From positions 28,520,001 to 28,584,000 of the forward strand of contig CP158635.1 of assembly GCA_050273025.1 (NCBI GenBank): DNA of 64,000 bases. Direction: 5' to 3'. The position numbers were made by a program, and so were the translations under genes. Position 1 is the first letter of the stretch, and every line of letters begins with the position of its first letter. Below, one piece after another: positions 38,225-50,356 of the stretch. The notes beneath the pieces were generated by a model. That model was not told the DNA's origin. It saw only the letters and a program-made list of their open reading frames with translations, and made no database searches. Source of the DNA: Cenococcum geophilum (Eukaryota).

Positions 38225-40737
38225 TCACCGGTACCTATATCCTGACTCAAAACGATTGCCATAGTAATCCAAGGCTCCGCTCGGCTGACCTGCTGGCTGC
38301 CTAATGACCGTAATATCTCCGGGCCAATATCCTTCAACAGTCGGATCAATCTCTCCTCGCTCTAAAGCGGCCTCAAAAGCGGCCTTTCGGTCCTTGCGAA
38401 AACTGGACAGCTCAGATATGAAATCTAACTTCAGGGGCCACTGGCTCTCTGGCTGACATGTCGGCAATTTGATCGGTGAAGCAACGATTAACCCGCTCAT
38501 TGCGGCAAGAGGAAGATGTCGTCCAGGCTCATGGTCCGGGAGACCACATTCTTCATCGCCAAAGAACGAGAAGTCATGGGTGGCCGCATCCCAGAATGCT
38601 TCCGTGTCGGCATCTTCCGTGGAAGATTTGGTAGGATAGCGGCGCCAACTCGTAGAAATCTTTTTCGGTGGTTGCGGAGGCGGTGCCATTTCTAACACGA
38701 TTCGGCGTAACGCAAAGAGACTACGAGCATATTCCCTTTCTCCAACCACACGAGTCCGCCCTGGTGGTAAGATGTACGTGAATCGTGCGCGGAGTTTAGC
38801 CATTTCGTGCTCTTCGGCACAATCCTTGATGAATTGGATCAATCGATGAAGTATTTCAGGGCGATCTGTCTTTGTCGGCACATCTGTGAGAATCAGAGTG
38901 TGCATTTTGGGAAGCATTCCAGGGTGAAGGCAATATTCCTGGGATTGTCTTAACTCCAAGCGAGATCGACGATCCTCGATGTAATAGGTTGAGGTACGGT
39001 GTGAGTATATACTACCTTGCGGCCCCTCATTACTATTTAGAGACGGACTCCTCGCTCTACCCTCAAAAGAGCACATAAGCGGAGATAGGCCCTGGTGTGA
39101 ATCCACGAGTGGACTAACTGGTGATAAGGGATCGTCGGAGTGTAGAGGTTCGGGGGCAAAGGCGCTCCTCCGTCGTATTTCTGGGTTCCGTTCTAATGTA
39201 ATTTCAATTGTGGGAGCACGTGAGGTTATCGATGAGATTTCTGATTCTGAGACGTTGTCCCCGGATGGAACGCTTTCTGGAGTGTTTGTGTTCTCTGTCT
39301 TCGGCGAATCTCCAAGAAGCTCCTGAGGTTGCATCGTGTCACCCGGAAGCTCGAATACAGCGGTCTCGTTAGCATCAAGTTCCGAGGCTAGCGGCTCTGT
39401 TGATCCAAGTTCATGAGCACCCTCTGGTTGATATACAGCCAGATCTCCTTCCATTTCTGCGCGTTGAGGAGAAGTCGGTGGAGCGGAAGCTTCTTCCATA
39501 ACAACGGCACAGTTGATTCGGAGGTAAACCATCCGTTCTGATGCACATTCCGCAAGAACTTGAGTAAGCTTCTCTGCACCAGGCATCCTGAAATCGTCCT
39601 CACGTTCCTCCATAGATAGCGATCGGGGCCTTTGAAATGCCTGGGTTAGGGTACCAACATCCAAGACTTGTAGTCTTTTTGACCTTATTAATCCTGATAC
39701 ACCTTCGACCGTCATCTGATTATTCGAGATATATAAATGTGTAACGCCGGCGTCGTGCGCATCCTCAATGGCAAGGCGACCAACAAAACCGTGTGTTAAT
39801 TTTGTGCGAAGGTGCCGATCAAGATCCTCACTTCCAATGTTGTCGTAGCTTTCTGAAGGCCAGTTGCCCTGAACAGGAGTGAAAGGTATACGCTGCCGCG
39901 TTGAAAGCGCTGGACTAGCATCTTTCACGCAATGGTCGAGTAACATACGCGCACTAGAGTCGGTTAACAGGTTGTCGCGAACATCCAGACTACGAACTCT
40001 TGTTCCAATTGATATAGCGATAGAAGTAAAATCATTGTCTTTCAAACCGAGGCCTCGGAGTTTTAGAACACGAAGATTTGGAACGAGTTGAAGCGTACTG
40101 AAAATAGCTGAATGTTTGGCAGCAATTGTTCTTGACAAATCCAGAGATATTAATTCAGGAAAGTGTGAAAGAGCTTCCTCAAGACCTGTCGATGTCGCAT
40201 TCGAACAGTTGGATGCGTCCAATAGGCGTAATCCGTAAGCCGGAAAAATATCCCCTTGCAATGAGCGGCGGGTAAGACTCGGATAGCGAAGCGTAAGTAA
40301 TGAAGCGTGGTCAAAGAAGGGCAACCCGTTCACGATAAGTGATTGGAGACGTGGTAGACGTTCAAGGACATCTCTTAACCAGTCTGTATGCGGCCCTCCA
40401 TAGATTTCGGCATGCGCCGGCGGAAGGTGGAGGGTGTGTGTTAACTCTCTAACATAAAGACGTGCCCAAGAGAGCGTCCGCTTGAATCGCACCAAGGCAA
40501 CTAGAACTGTTCAGTATCCCATTATCAACTCTAGGTAACTTCTGTACCGTATACAGTGTCATTCTGCGCGCCAAAGTGAGACGCAGGATTTCCCCATAGT
40601 TGCGGGGCGAAAATCTCATGCCATTTTTGACAGACGAGCGCAGCATTGCAAAGATCGCGCGACAGAATGTATCCTGCGACTATCCTCCAATGATCCTTAG
40701 TAATGGCAGTCTCATAAGATGGAAGCGCGTCGTCCAT
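38225..40737 (-). CDS. F-box/leucine-rich repeat protein
   Basis: N-terminal F-box-like DLCNAALVCQKWHEIF. LRRs such as LISLDLS, LRVLKLRGLGL, VRSLDVRDNLLT and THLYISNNQMT. 1 intron. Confidence 0.85.
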
Positions 40738-41217
40738 CCTGAGTGGAGTAGAATGTGTCTCCAATACGAGCGCAACGTTTTTTGAAAGTCTAAGCCGGGG
40801 GCGGCAGTCAAGAAAAAGGAAGGGTTTCGGAGAATAGCATCATAATGCTTATATTAAGGCATACTTCTAATACGAGTACGAGCGACTTTTGCAGGTGAGC
40901 TAATCCTGACAAAAGGGCGGGCGGCCTGGTGACGTTGCTCGGCTTTGCAGATATTGAACCCGCTCCAATCATGTAGCGTAACTTCCAGAACGTGTCTATG
41001 ATCCGAGCGTATTTCGTATCACTAACAACGCCCAGTGGTTTAAACACAATTACTGCCCCGTCGTGCCTCTCCTCATCAGCTCTACTATGGAACGGGCTGT
41101 ATCAGCATTTCCCTAATCTAAAGTAGCCACCATACGGTGACCAGCGAAGTCGGCTTCCGCCCCAGCACGCTCCAAAACTTTTTCCCGCCCTTTACCAAGG
41201 CGTTTTGTGAAGCTGGC

Positions 41218-41350
41218 CTATCCCTTCGGCTGGTAGATTTAGTCCTAAGGTTATCGATAAGAGCTAGCCAATAGAATCAATGGGATCAAGGCTCCGTGAC
41301 GGTGCGCGTACTTTTTATTCTGGAGTTCGCGCACGGTCCAACTCTCATAG
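41218..41350 (+). mobile_element. Second, right-truncated copy of the 27011 MITE family
   Basis: CTATCCCTTCGGCTGGTAGATTT...CGCGCACGGTCCAACT is colinear with 27011-27140. The right TIR is missing. A more diverged relative lies at about 41440-41745. Confidence 0.85.
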
Positions 41351-41752
41351 GACGTCACCGTTGCAAGTTTAACTCTTCATAAGCAGCCGCTCTAATTGTC
41401 TTATCACTTATATACCTCTGCCCCTATAGCAACATTAAACCTATCCCTTAACACATTGGGTTGCGTCTATCTATTATCAGTAAGGACTAGCCAATTAAAT
41501 CAACCGAATTGAATCGTCGTACTCAGGAATATGAGGCTGGTGAAATTTACAAAATCTTATATAAAACGATCTATATAGCTTATTCTTTAGAGTTTAATAT
41601 GAGGTAACCAACACTAGTCCTTTCTGCGGAACGGAATCTAACATATTTTACACCTAAAATATGTCCTCGGCGCTCGCGCAGTCTATTAGGTGCACGCGTA
41701 ATTAAGAGTGGTGTTTTGGTATTCTGCGCACGGACCAGATTTCAGATGCTGA

Positions 41753-41890
41753 CAGGCTTGCAAATCATTCAACGAGGCTTCAATATTGAATTGAATTGAA
41801 TGCCAAGACTCAATCAATCCTCAACTAAGAGCAGGCCTTGGCAACGCATTCAATCTGGAGGCCCTGATTTAATTGAGTTGATTGAAAAAT
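41753..41890 (+). mobile_element. Probable end fragment of a non-autonomous hAT element
   Basis: Begins CAGGCTTGC, the same first 9 nt as the hAT TIR at 24415, followed by dense ATTGA/TCAAT subterminal repeats. No partner end found. Confidence 0.4.
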
Positions 41891-42080
41891 ATTAAAGCGT
41901 TTGATATTATATAGAAATATACTAAAGTTCATATACGGTAATGCCCTAAACCTTATTTTTGTTAGTGTTCCTTACATAAAAAAGTTTATTCGAGAATTAC
42001 CCGTTATTTACACCATATCGGCGGCGGTTTTACTTAGATGATATCTACAAACAATCGCGATAAGTACGACGATTAGCTTA

Positions 42081-42227
42081 ACGTAGGTAACGGGGTTTTG
42101 ACCGATCCCTGGATTTTGACCGATTTAAAGTTTTACTAGTTGTTTGTCGGCGAGTCGGCGTTTTGACGAACTTTGATTTTCAAATCGGTCAAAACCAAGG
42201 GATCGGTCAAAACCCCGTTACCTACGT
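42081..42227. mobile_element. 147-bp Tc1/mariner (Fot1/pogo-like) MITE
   Basis: TIR ACGTAGGTAACGGGGTTTTGACCGATCCCT (30 bp perfect, extending imperfectly), flanked by TA on both sides. Confidence 0.9.
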
Positions 42228-42680
42228 TACACAAGCAGGTCACCCCAAGGACGTTCACTGCACCGATCCGATTGCTTATTAGCACGTCTGCACGAACGTC
42301 TGCACAAATGCTTGCACAAAGCTCTACTCGAAGCCCTATCGAAGCTCTATCGAAGCTTTGCTCAAAGCTCTATCAAACCGTCTGGTGCTTGACATTTTGG
42401 GGTTTAGGACTATCTAACGTGGCTCCAGAGCTGTGGGGTGGTTAGGGTCGGTATGTGTTTTATTCGGGCAGTATATAGCTAGGTCTTGGGGGGTGGGGGG
42501 GTTAAAGAGGCTCGGGGGGAATATTCGCGGAGTCGACCCAATAAGACTCGTCGAGAAATTTCGACCCCTAATTTTAGAACTTTATATTAGTTAAAATGCA
42601 TAAATAAGTATATAGATAAATAAAGCGGCCCTTAAAATACAATCGATTACCTTTTAAAGTGGTTAACCGGCTAACCAGTA

Positions 42681-42825
42681 CAAGGGGGTAACATGAATAG
42701 TTCAGACGCCCCCCCTGCTTTTTTGGAGAGGAAAATAAGCGAGCCCCAAGTAATATAGCAGGGCTAGGTTATTTTGTGTACCATACTAGCAGGGGGGGCG
42801 TCTGAGGCATTGATGTTACCCTTTG
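42681..42825. mobile_element. 145-bp TA-flanked MITE
   Basis: Imperfect TIR of about 39 bp, CAAGGGGGTAACATGAATAGTTCAGACGCCCCCCCTGCT / AGCAGGGGGGGCGTCTGAGGCATTGATGTTACCCTTTG, with TA on both sides. Confidence 0.8.
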
Positions 42826-43186
42826 TAGAGATACATTACTAGCATCGCAGAGGCAAGTGCAGGGGTTATATCACGCTAGCAGGGGTTTAATAAAGCTAGT
42901 AGGGGTTTTATATAAAGCTATACTAGTTAAGTACTAGCGAGATTTACTGTCTCGTTTGCCGTCTGAGTCGCTTACTGAGATAACATACCTACCTTCGCAC
43001 CTTCACGTTTTCGAGGGTAATCACACAATGAAAACTCAGGACTCCCCGGACACTCAAGTTCTTCGTTTTCCGAAGGCGCCGCCCTCGGTAAAATCGCCGC
43101 CTTGAACACCAGATCTTAAAAATGGCCTCCAGTACTCCTTCGAGCGCGCAATTGCAATTGACCATATCTGCCGACAACCTACCATT

Positions 43187-44011
43187 ATGATGGCCAATAA
43201 TGCGAATCTCGATCCATGGGATATCTATTTACCCCCATTGGAGGACCTTTTCCAAACGCCAGAGCTTGAGGCTCCCCATACCCTGCAGAACGTCGATTTT
43301 GCAGACACCGCTGGTTCTCCAAATCTTGAATTTGTGCTTGGTCAGTCGATGGTTTAATGTTTCGGGTTCTAGCCTGGCTGACTTAGAAATCCTTCATCAG
43401 ATGACTCCTTACTACCCATTGGCATGGCGGAACCTCAGACGGAATCCATGTCCCACGGTGTGCCTCCGATCTCTTATCACAGTGTTACACGATCCAGCGA
43501 GGGGAAGCCATTCCCCTGCACCTACTGCGAAAAAACTTCCAAAAATATATACGAATGGAAGAGGCACGAGGTCACCCACGGTCCCAAGATGTGGATTTGC
43601 ATGCCTGACTAGTCGGCCGTTGTGAACGATCGATGTGTCTTTTGCGGCCAGGCAAATCCACCTGCGGCACATTTGGATACTCACGAAATTGAGCCCTGCT
43701 TGGCTATACCAATTAAAGAAAGGGCGTATTCGAGAAAGGATCAATTACGCAACCACGTTCGAGCCAAGCACCTCAAGGAATATCCGACTCCCGCTCAATG
43801 GGACGGTGGAGCATCTCGCTTGATGAATGTCAATAACGAGATTCTGAACAACTGGCGCCGTGATACGACAACGGAGACCCTTGACCCAGCTAACCTGCGG
43901 TGTAATATTTGCGAAGCAGAGCTTGGGAGCTGGCAGGACAGGGTGAATCATGTCGGCGAGCATCTTCGAATCATGCAGAAGCAGCAAGAGGAGGCCGAGC
44001 TAAGGATGTAG
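43187..44011 (+). pseudogene. C2H2 zinc-finger protein interrupted by an in-frame TAG
   Basis: FPCTYC..WKRHEVTH, WICMPD*SAVVNDRCVFC, YSRKDQLRNHVRAKH and CNIC..WQDRVNHVGEH in one frame, with TAG at 43610-43612. Intron at about 43341-43400. Confidence 0.75.
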
Positions 44012-44229
44012 ACAGCATTCTCCATGCCTCTGCGAAAGAAGCAATTACTGGTCATCAATACTTGAATGTCGTGATCGAAGGCAAAGCTCAGACTGGGGAC
44101 GCATTTATTACTGATTGGGGTGGAGATGCACAGGGCTATCTCATACGTATAATGACGTGAATGTGAACAAAGACGGAAGAGCGTAGATTCAAAACAAGTA
44201 CGGAGGGAAGGAATTTTTGGCAAGATTAG
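43999..44229 (+). pseudogene. Degenerate HET-s-like prion-forming (amyloid signalling) domain
   Basis: Reconstructed AKDVDSILHASAKEAITGHQYLNVVIEGKAQTGDAF..G(L)SHTYNDVNVNKDGRA*IQNKYGGKEFWQD*, compared with HET-s ...RVLIGNEYGGKGFWDN. Two frameshifts and one stop. Confidence 0.75.
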
Positions 44230-45491
44230 ATATGGCTCTGATTTCATGCGATTGAACTATCCTTTATCTTTTTGGTTTCGGGACTTCCGAGAGCAGTGTA
44301 TTTGAGAATCTATTTCCAAGATCTGCAGCATTCCAGGCTAGCTCGGCGTGAATTTCGGAAGTGAGCGCAGAATCTGTCTCCCAGGCGACGCCATCGTAAC
44401 GTTCACCAAAGCTAACACTCATTTCTGGGAAGTTAAGAGGGGAGTAATGCCTCTTTTAGCATTCATTGTTCTTTAAATGCTGGATTCAAGGTCGGACCTA
44501 ATTGGTGCCAAGACCTCATGTGCATGACTGGAAGACCGACGACGGCGGCGACTTGCCAGCAACTTGCCGGGTTGTATTTGTGGTGTTGCTTTGGTATACA
44601 AGGCAGAAATAGAACGAAAGAAATGATTCTTTAGTTTTCCTAGAACGACGACATGGACGGCTGAACAAGCGCATGTGTTTATTAAAAGACATAGTAAGAT
44701 ACAAAACAGAGGTCTAATCGTATGTAGGTTAGCCTGGCCTAAAAGCGCCTTGGCGCGAAGTGGGAAAAAGGTTAAGCATGTATCGACTATAGACGCATCA
44801 GATGGTGAATGCTTACATGTTACATGATGCGATGCGGCATTCCTCTCCTGCCTTCTTGGCCTCTTGGTAAGGGCTTGGCTTTGAACTGCTGGGCATGCTA
44901 TTTACAATGGGGGGTCAATCAACCAAACCCTACGATGTGGTGACATGACATGATGCACCCCACGTACGCGTATCGCCAGGCAACTAGCATTTTAGACAAG
45001 CTCTCGAATTATTTAAGAACTTGAATAACTTACACGAATTTTAGAATGATGACAATCTTTCGCAAAGCGTCTGAGAGATTAGAAGGCTTGAATAGGAAAG
45101 ACTAATAGCGACTTTGCTATCCGCATTGCTGATGGAAATAATGAATGCATGGACCCGGCGAATTCATCGAGTCCGTTAAGTGTATTAGATCGTTCAAGAT
45201 GTAACACATATCTTAAAGTTCCAAACCATACCATCATTTCCACGAGTTGCATTACAAACCAGTCTGCGAGCGACATACCCTAATGGCTTATACCGGTTTC
45301 CTCTAATTAAACTCAAGTGACGGGAGACGACTCTCCAATTATCCATAACTACGTTACGACTGAGACAGCACTGATTTTAGGCGACAGCTTCAACTGCAGT
45401 TGTACCTCCAGAGCGGTAGTGGCTTAGATGGGAGCATTCCAGTGAATTCTCCTACAAACTGGCGTTTCTTGCTGTTATATATTATTTGCAG

Positions 45492-46830
45492 TTATGAAAA
45501 ATACCGGCAATCCTCTCGATGCATGTGGTTGCCCTGGTCGCGAATTGGTCGATAAGGCGCAAGGCAGACCCAGCAAAATTCATGCCTGCACTTAGAACCT
45601 GCATCCGTCAGTTAGCTAAGAAAAGGCAACACATCTAGCGTTTAATCCTTACATGTCATGTGATCACATCCGTAGTTTTTCTCAATATCCCATTTACACC
45701 CCGGGCACTTCTTCGTGGTTTCCAGAATGACCTTCTTTGACGCTTGTTCCTCCGCTTTCTTCTGCTTACCATCCGTACGATAATCGTACTCGGCGCAAGT
45801 CTCGCCTTCATGCCAGCGCCGGTTGTGTACAACACATTGCCGGTTGCCGCAGCTCGCACACTCAAATATCGGTGCCTCTGGTCCCGCGTTGTGAACTTGG
45901 CCGGATTTGCATCCCTTGGTAGTACACCATCGGAAGCCCGGGATAGTTTCGAAGGCGGCTTTGGTGGAGAGTCTATCGTATCTACGGACAGGTGAGTATG
46001 AACATTATCATTTTTGAGTAACTATGATGAACCTACTTGCGAAAAACTACCGAGGGGGCAAATTTGCGGATATCTTCGTACTGCATTCGTGAGCGGCATT
46101 CGGGACAGTTGATCTGATCCCACACTTTGGATTCGAATTCGGACCGGATCCATTCTCTCAAACATCCTTTGCAAACTTGCACTTCATGTGTGCATGCTGC
46201 GGTTGGGGGCCGACTAGGGAAGTGTTTGATAGGCAGAGTATTTGCGCAGACGATGCAATCTTTTTGCGGACCGTGATCTCTAGGCTGTTGGCCACTGTCC
46301 CATAACTCTTCTCTTCTTCGTGATTTTGATTCCCGACTCTTTCGCTTGGGAGTTGCACTTCTTGTGGCCTGTCCAGACCTATTCTGTTGCTTCGTGCGAG
46401 AATTGGACTTCGAGGTTCTAGGCTCTTTATCTCGACGAGTGCTGTTGGATCGTCGATTCCGATCAGGGCGTGAAACATTCAGCTCAGCATTTCTACGCCG
46501 TAGCGGTGGTCTTGCATTTTGGCTATGTTCGCTGGAATATAAGCCACCTAAGGAAGCTGGGGCGAGTCCCCGTTCTGTAGTTGCGCGGCGGCTTGAAGCT
46601 GTTCTTGTCGAAACCCGCGTCTTTGTCCCAGCTTCGACTCGGTGCCTTTTTGAATGCCCATCAGATCTTGAGTAAGATCTAGACCGTATCTCTCGGGTGG
46701 AGTGAGATGATTTTTTCTTGGATCCGAGCGGTTCATCATCACTGCTGTGATCAGACAAGTATCGTCGTGTTCTAGACGGGAAGCTGCCCTCTGAACGGTC
46801 AAATAGCAGTCTCGCTGCTGCTTGGCCCAT
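45492..46830 (-). CDS. RBR (RING-IBR-RING) E3 ubiquitin ligase with basic Arg/Ser-rich N-terminus
   Basis: RING1 CIVC..CTH..CKGC..CPEC, an IBR exon, and RING2 CPGC..GCDHMTCSKCRHEFCWVC, 2 introns. Confidence 0.9.
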
Positions 46831-48231
46831 ATTATACTTTTAAAGGCTGTGTTCACTTTGAAATCTCTTTGTAAGGACGTATGTAAGATGGAAACGCTGC
46901 GAAACAGCGAATAAAGATGAACTTGGGTCTTACACTATTTTACGAGGCCCAGAAGAGTGAAAATATGCTTGTACAGGGCAAAAGCGCAGACTGCTGCTAT
47001 CGCGGCTGAAAAGAAGATAACCTCGACTGAGTCAATTGAGGACCACGTGAACTGGCAGATAAACCGTAGAAGGGAGGGGGAAATGCGACCAGGTGCCTGC
47101 TGTGGTGTCTTTGCAACAGAGACGCTGGATTGGCTGGCATGGCTGCCGAGTTTTCCCCTTGTTGCTTTAAGGCCACAGTAAGGGTGGTGAAGGTGTCGTT
47201 GTCCCTTGGCCAGGGCCAATACTGCGGGGAGTAAGGCTACGCTAAGACCCGAAAAGTGGGAGTTCCGGTGAAAATTTACCTGACCAATAGGAGTGAAAGT
47301 GGGGATGAATTTTGTAGGCAATGAACTGTCAGAGTGCAAGATATATTTTCTACTAAGCCGTATCTGAATATCCTCTTAGAAATACTAATAACGACCTTTG
47401 GAGCAGTTTTAAGCATCAGCTTCTCGGTGATCACTAAGCCCAAATATGCTCAAGTGGTTCTTATCTCATAAATCAGCCCCTCCGTAGATTGTTTGTGGGC
47501 ATACTGCTCCTTATCCAAACAAACGAGATCTTATGGTCCAAGCTTGGTGGGTACTTGGGCAGTCTCTTTGAGCTCGGCGACGTGCACGTGATAGATCACG
47601 TGACAGCGCGCGGGCCATCTCGCAGATATCTTCTCGGGCCATTGAGCCTCTTAGATTCTTCCTCATAGAGCATCATATGTATCATTTCCGCCAGCCTGCT
47701 CAATGGTCTGACAGTTTTTAAAATCTTGCCTCACTGCCATACCTTACGTACTTCTCTAGGCCTAATTATCTTCAAAATACTACGAGGTAAAAGCTCTTTG
47801 CCTTCTCTATCGCCTCCACGTTGTGGCGACATTGTAGCTTTATTATATAAGAGTTGGACATGGGCAGTTGGTCAGATTTTGGTCCAAAATGCCCCATGAC
47901 CAAGCACGAGCTGATCTAACTGAGTTCGAAAGGTACCTTGCTGCAGGGGTAGGCAGCAATAAAAACTTTAAATAAAAACGCGTACGATATTTGAACTTGC
48001 AAAAATACGACAAGAACACCTCTTTGACGGCTTTCCAACCCATATCGAGGTTTGCATGAGCAGCCACGCCTGCTCTATACTAATACTCATTCTGCAAGGC
48101 CACTCTTTTAAGAGTTTAACCCCTTACCATTCAATCTGGTAGGTCACCAAACTTCAATGGAAGCTCCATGAGGCCTTACTGAGCTGACAGCAATGTACAT
48201 GAATTAGTTGTTGTTCCTTTTGGTCTTTCAG

Positions 48232-49536
48232 ATGTCTCGTCTCTTCCAGCTACCCGTAGAATTGGTCGAAATTATCGCTTCATTCTTACCACTCGAGGAC
48301 TTATTCAACCTCCGTCTCACATGCCGTGAGCTTAGCACGAAGACGTTCCATTACTTCACGCAGGAGCATTTCACTATAAAACAATTCTTTCCATCTCTTT
48401 ATGGCCTCGAGGCTTTACTCGCCATTTCAAAGTCAAGATTGAGAGAAAGCCTGAGGACTGTTGTACTTGGTCCCCACGATTCCAACACAGCAATATTTCC
48501 AGTAACAGCCAGGGATGAGGAAGATAGGAAGCAAAGTCTGCAAGATTATCTTCGCTATGTTAATGAGAACCGATATATGAAACGAACAGGTCTTGACGCA
48601 ATAATCCTCCAGGAAGCCTTCGCTAATCTACCCAACTGCTCTACTCTCGAAATCCGAGACTATTCACTGCTTACGATTGAGGCTGGTGAATGGTGTGACG
48701 ATATTCACCCATTGAGCAGCTATGGGCAATCTCAATCCAGCAAGGTGGCCGCCGGTTGGAAATCGCCAAAGGACACGACTGCATTTACCCAATTTACCAG
48801 AACCTTCACTCTTGCTCTACACGCTGCGGTGACAGCCAAGCTCCCATTGGAGTCAGTTATCATGGACTGTGAGATGTCTTGGGGTAAAAATGAAATCCCA
48901 CTCGACTTACCGTCTCCGAGATGGTTTAATCCAAGTGACTGCTCCCTGGAGAAGTTGCTCCACCTGCAGTTGTATATCGCATGGTCTGCCAATTTGCGGA
49001 ACCCAGGGTGGGTCGGTATAGTGGATAGTATTGTGCAATTCTTCATTCTGGCTCCTAATATCAACAGATTGGGGTTGAATTTGGCATACCGACGAAGCGC
49101 TAGTTCATTTCTTATCCGCCTAGCCGATACTCTGGATTTTAGAAACATAACGACATTAGACCTAATATGGATCTGTACTGACCAAGATAGCATTATTAAT
49201 GCCTTTGCAAAGCTCTCCCCAAAAATCTCTTGTCTTAAACTGTGCGGTTTTAAAGTCAACGATGGGAACATAAGGGACATTTTTAAATTTATTGGGGACA
49301 AAATGCAGCTTAAGAAGATTTCTGGGCAATGGTTTTGCCAGGGTCATTCCCGAATTGCATTCAAATCTCCTGGGAGCAAGAATGGATCCGGTCTTTCAGA
49401 TCGTTTTCATTATGAAGGGCCAGATATTATGAATTTTATGAACGACCTCATTTCTTCTATAGTCATGGTGGACGGTGATTGGATAGGCTGGCAGCGCCGC
49501 AAGCATTGGCCTCTTTCTCTTCAAATTTTAGTCTAG
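48232..49536 (+). CDS. F-box domain protein
   Basis: LFQLPVELVEIIASFLPLEDLFNLRLTCREL F-box, followed by degenerate LRR-like segments. Confidence 0.85.
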   Translation: MSRLFQLPVELVEIIASFLPLEDLFNLRLTCRELSTKTFHYFTQEHFTIKQFFPSLYGLEALLAISKSRLRESLRTVVLGPHDSNTAIFPVTARDEEDRKQSLQDYLRYVNENRYMKRTGLDAIILQEAFANLPNCSTLEIRDYSLLTIEAGEWCDDIHPLSSYGQSQSSKVAAGWKSPKDTTAFTQFTRTFTLALHAAVTAKLPLESVIMDCEMSWGKNEIPLDLPSPRWFNPSDCSLEKLLHLQLYIAWSANLRNPGWVGIVDSIVQFFILAPNINRLGLNLAYRRSASSFLIRLADTLDFRNITTLDLIWICTDQDSIINAFAKLSPKISCLKLCGFKVNDGNIRDIFKFIGDKMQLKKISGQWFCQGHSRIAFKSPGSKNGSGLSDRFHYEGPDIMNFMNDLISSIVMVDGDWIGWQRRKHWPLSLQILV

Positions 49537-50356
49537 GTTTTATTTCGGATGGTATTTGAGAATAATTGTTTGGCTCTTCTTCTACTAAATCTTGCTACTA
49601 GCATCATCCTAAGCAGGGTTCTTAGTTCCAAGACGTAAAGTTTCATCGTGTCAAACTCTCCACTTGTTAATATGAGAAATTTGCCAACAGCATCCAGTAA
49701 CCTATCAGTTCTTTTCGAGGGCTCCTTTCGGCTTATTTTTCCCACGACCAAAATTCCGAGAGCCGCCTTACCACTACGGCTTTTATAACTCGCCGCGGAA
49801 TAAATGCTCTTGGCGCCCATAAAATGCATATCAATTGACAATCCAACTCTACTCTCCTCACCGATCTCTAAATTCCAAATCCTAGGCCGGATTGCCCGTG
49901 GACTAGAAATAACCTGACAACCCTCAATTCAACACGAAGTAAAATATCCAGTAATATAGATATCGTTGCTCTACAGCGGTGGATAGGCAAAAAAACCCAT
50001 CTACCCAGCCTGCCGAGTCCCGCAAAATCGGCCGTGCATCTCATGGCATCAATGCGATCCCTAACCAGATCTTATCTCATAAATCAGACCCTTGGTGAAT
50101 TGTTGGTGTGCACGGACGAACTGCTCCTTACCAACCAACGAATTCTCCACGAAGGATCCGACTTATGAGATAGACCGGATCCTCACACGCAAACATGACC
50201 AGAATCCAAGCAGCAACGACCAGGCCGCAGCCGAAACTTTCACAAACATCCAAATTGGCCTCATTAGGGTATCATCCAACCAAACACGCAGTGAGGATAA
50301 ACCAGGCATGACAACGCACTCCAGCTAGCGTTCCTAAAAACAGCGGGGTACTTGCC

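Noticed and set aside
49533..49841. 102-aa minus-strand ORF abutting the F-box stop
   Set aside because: No recognisable homology or splice structure.
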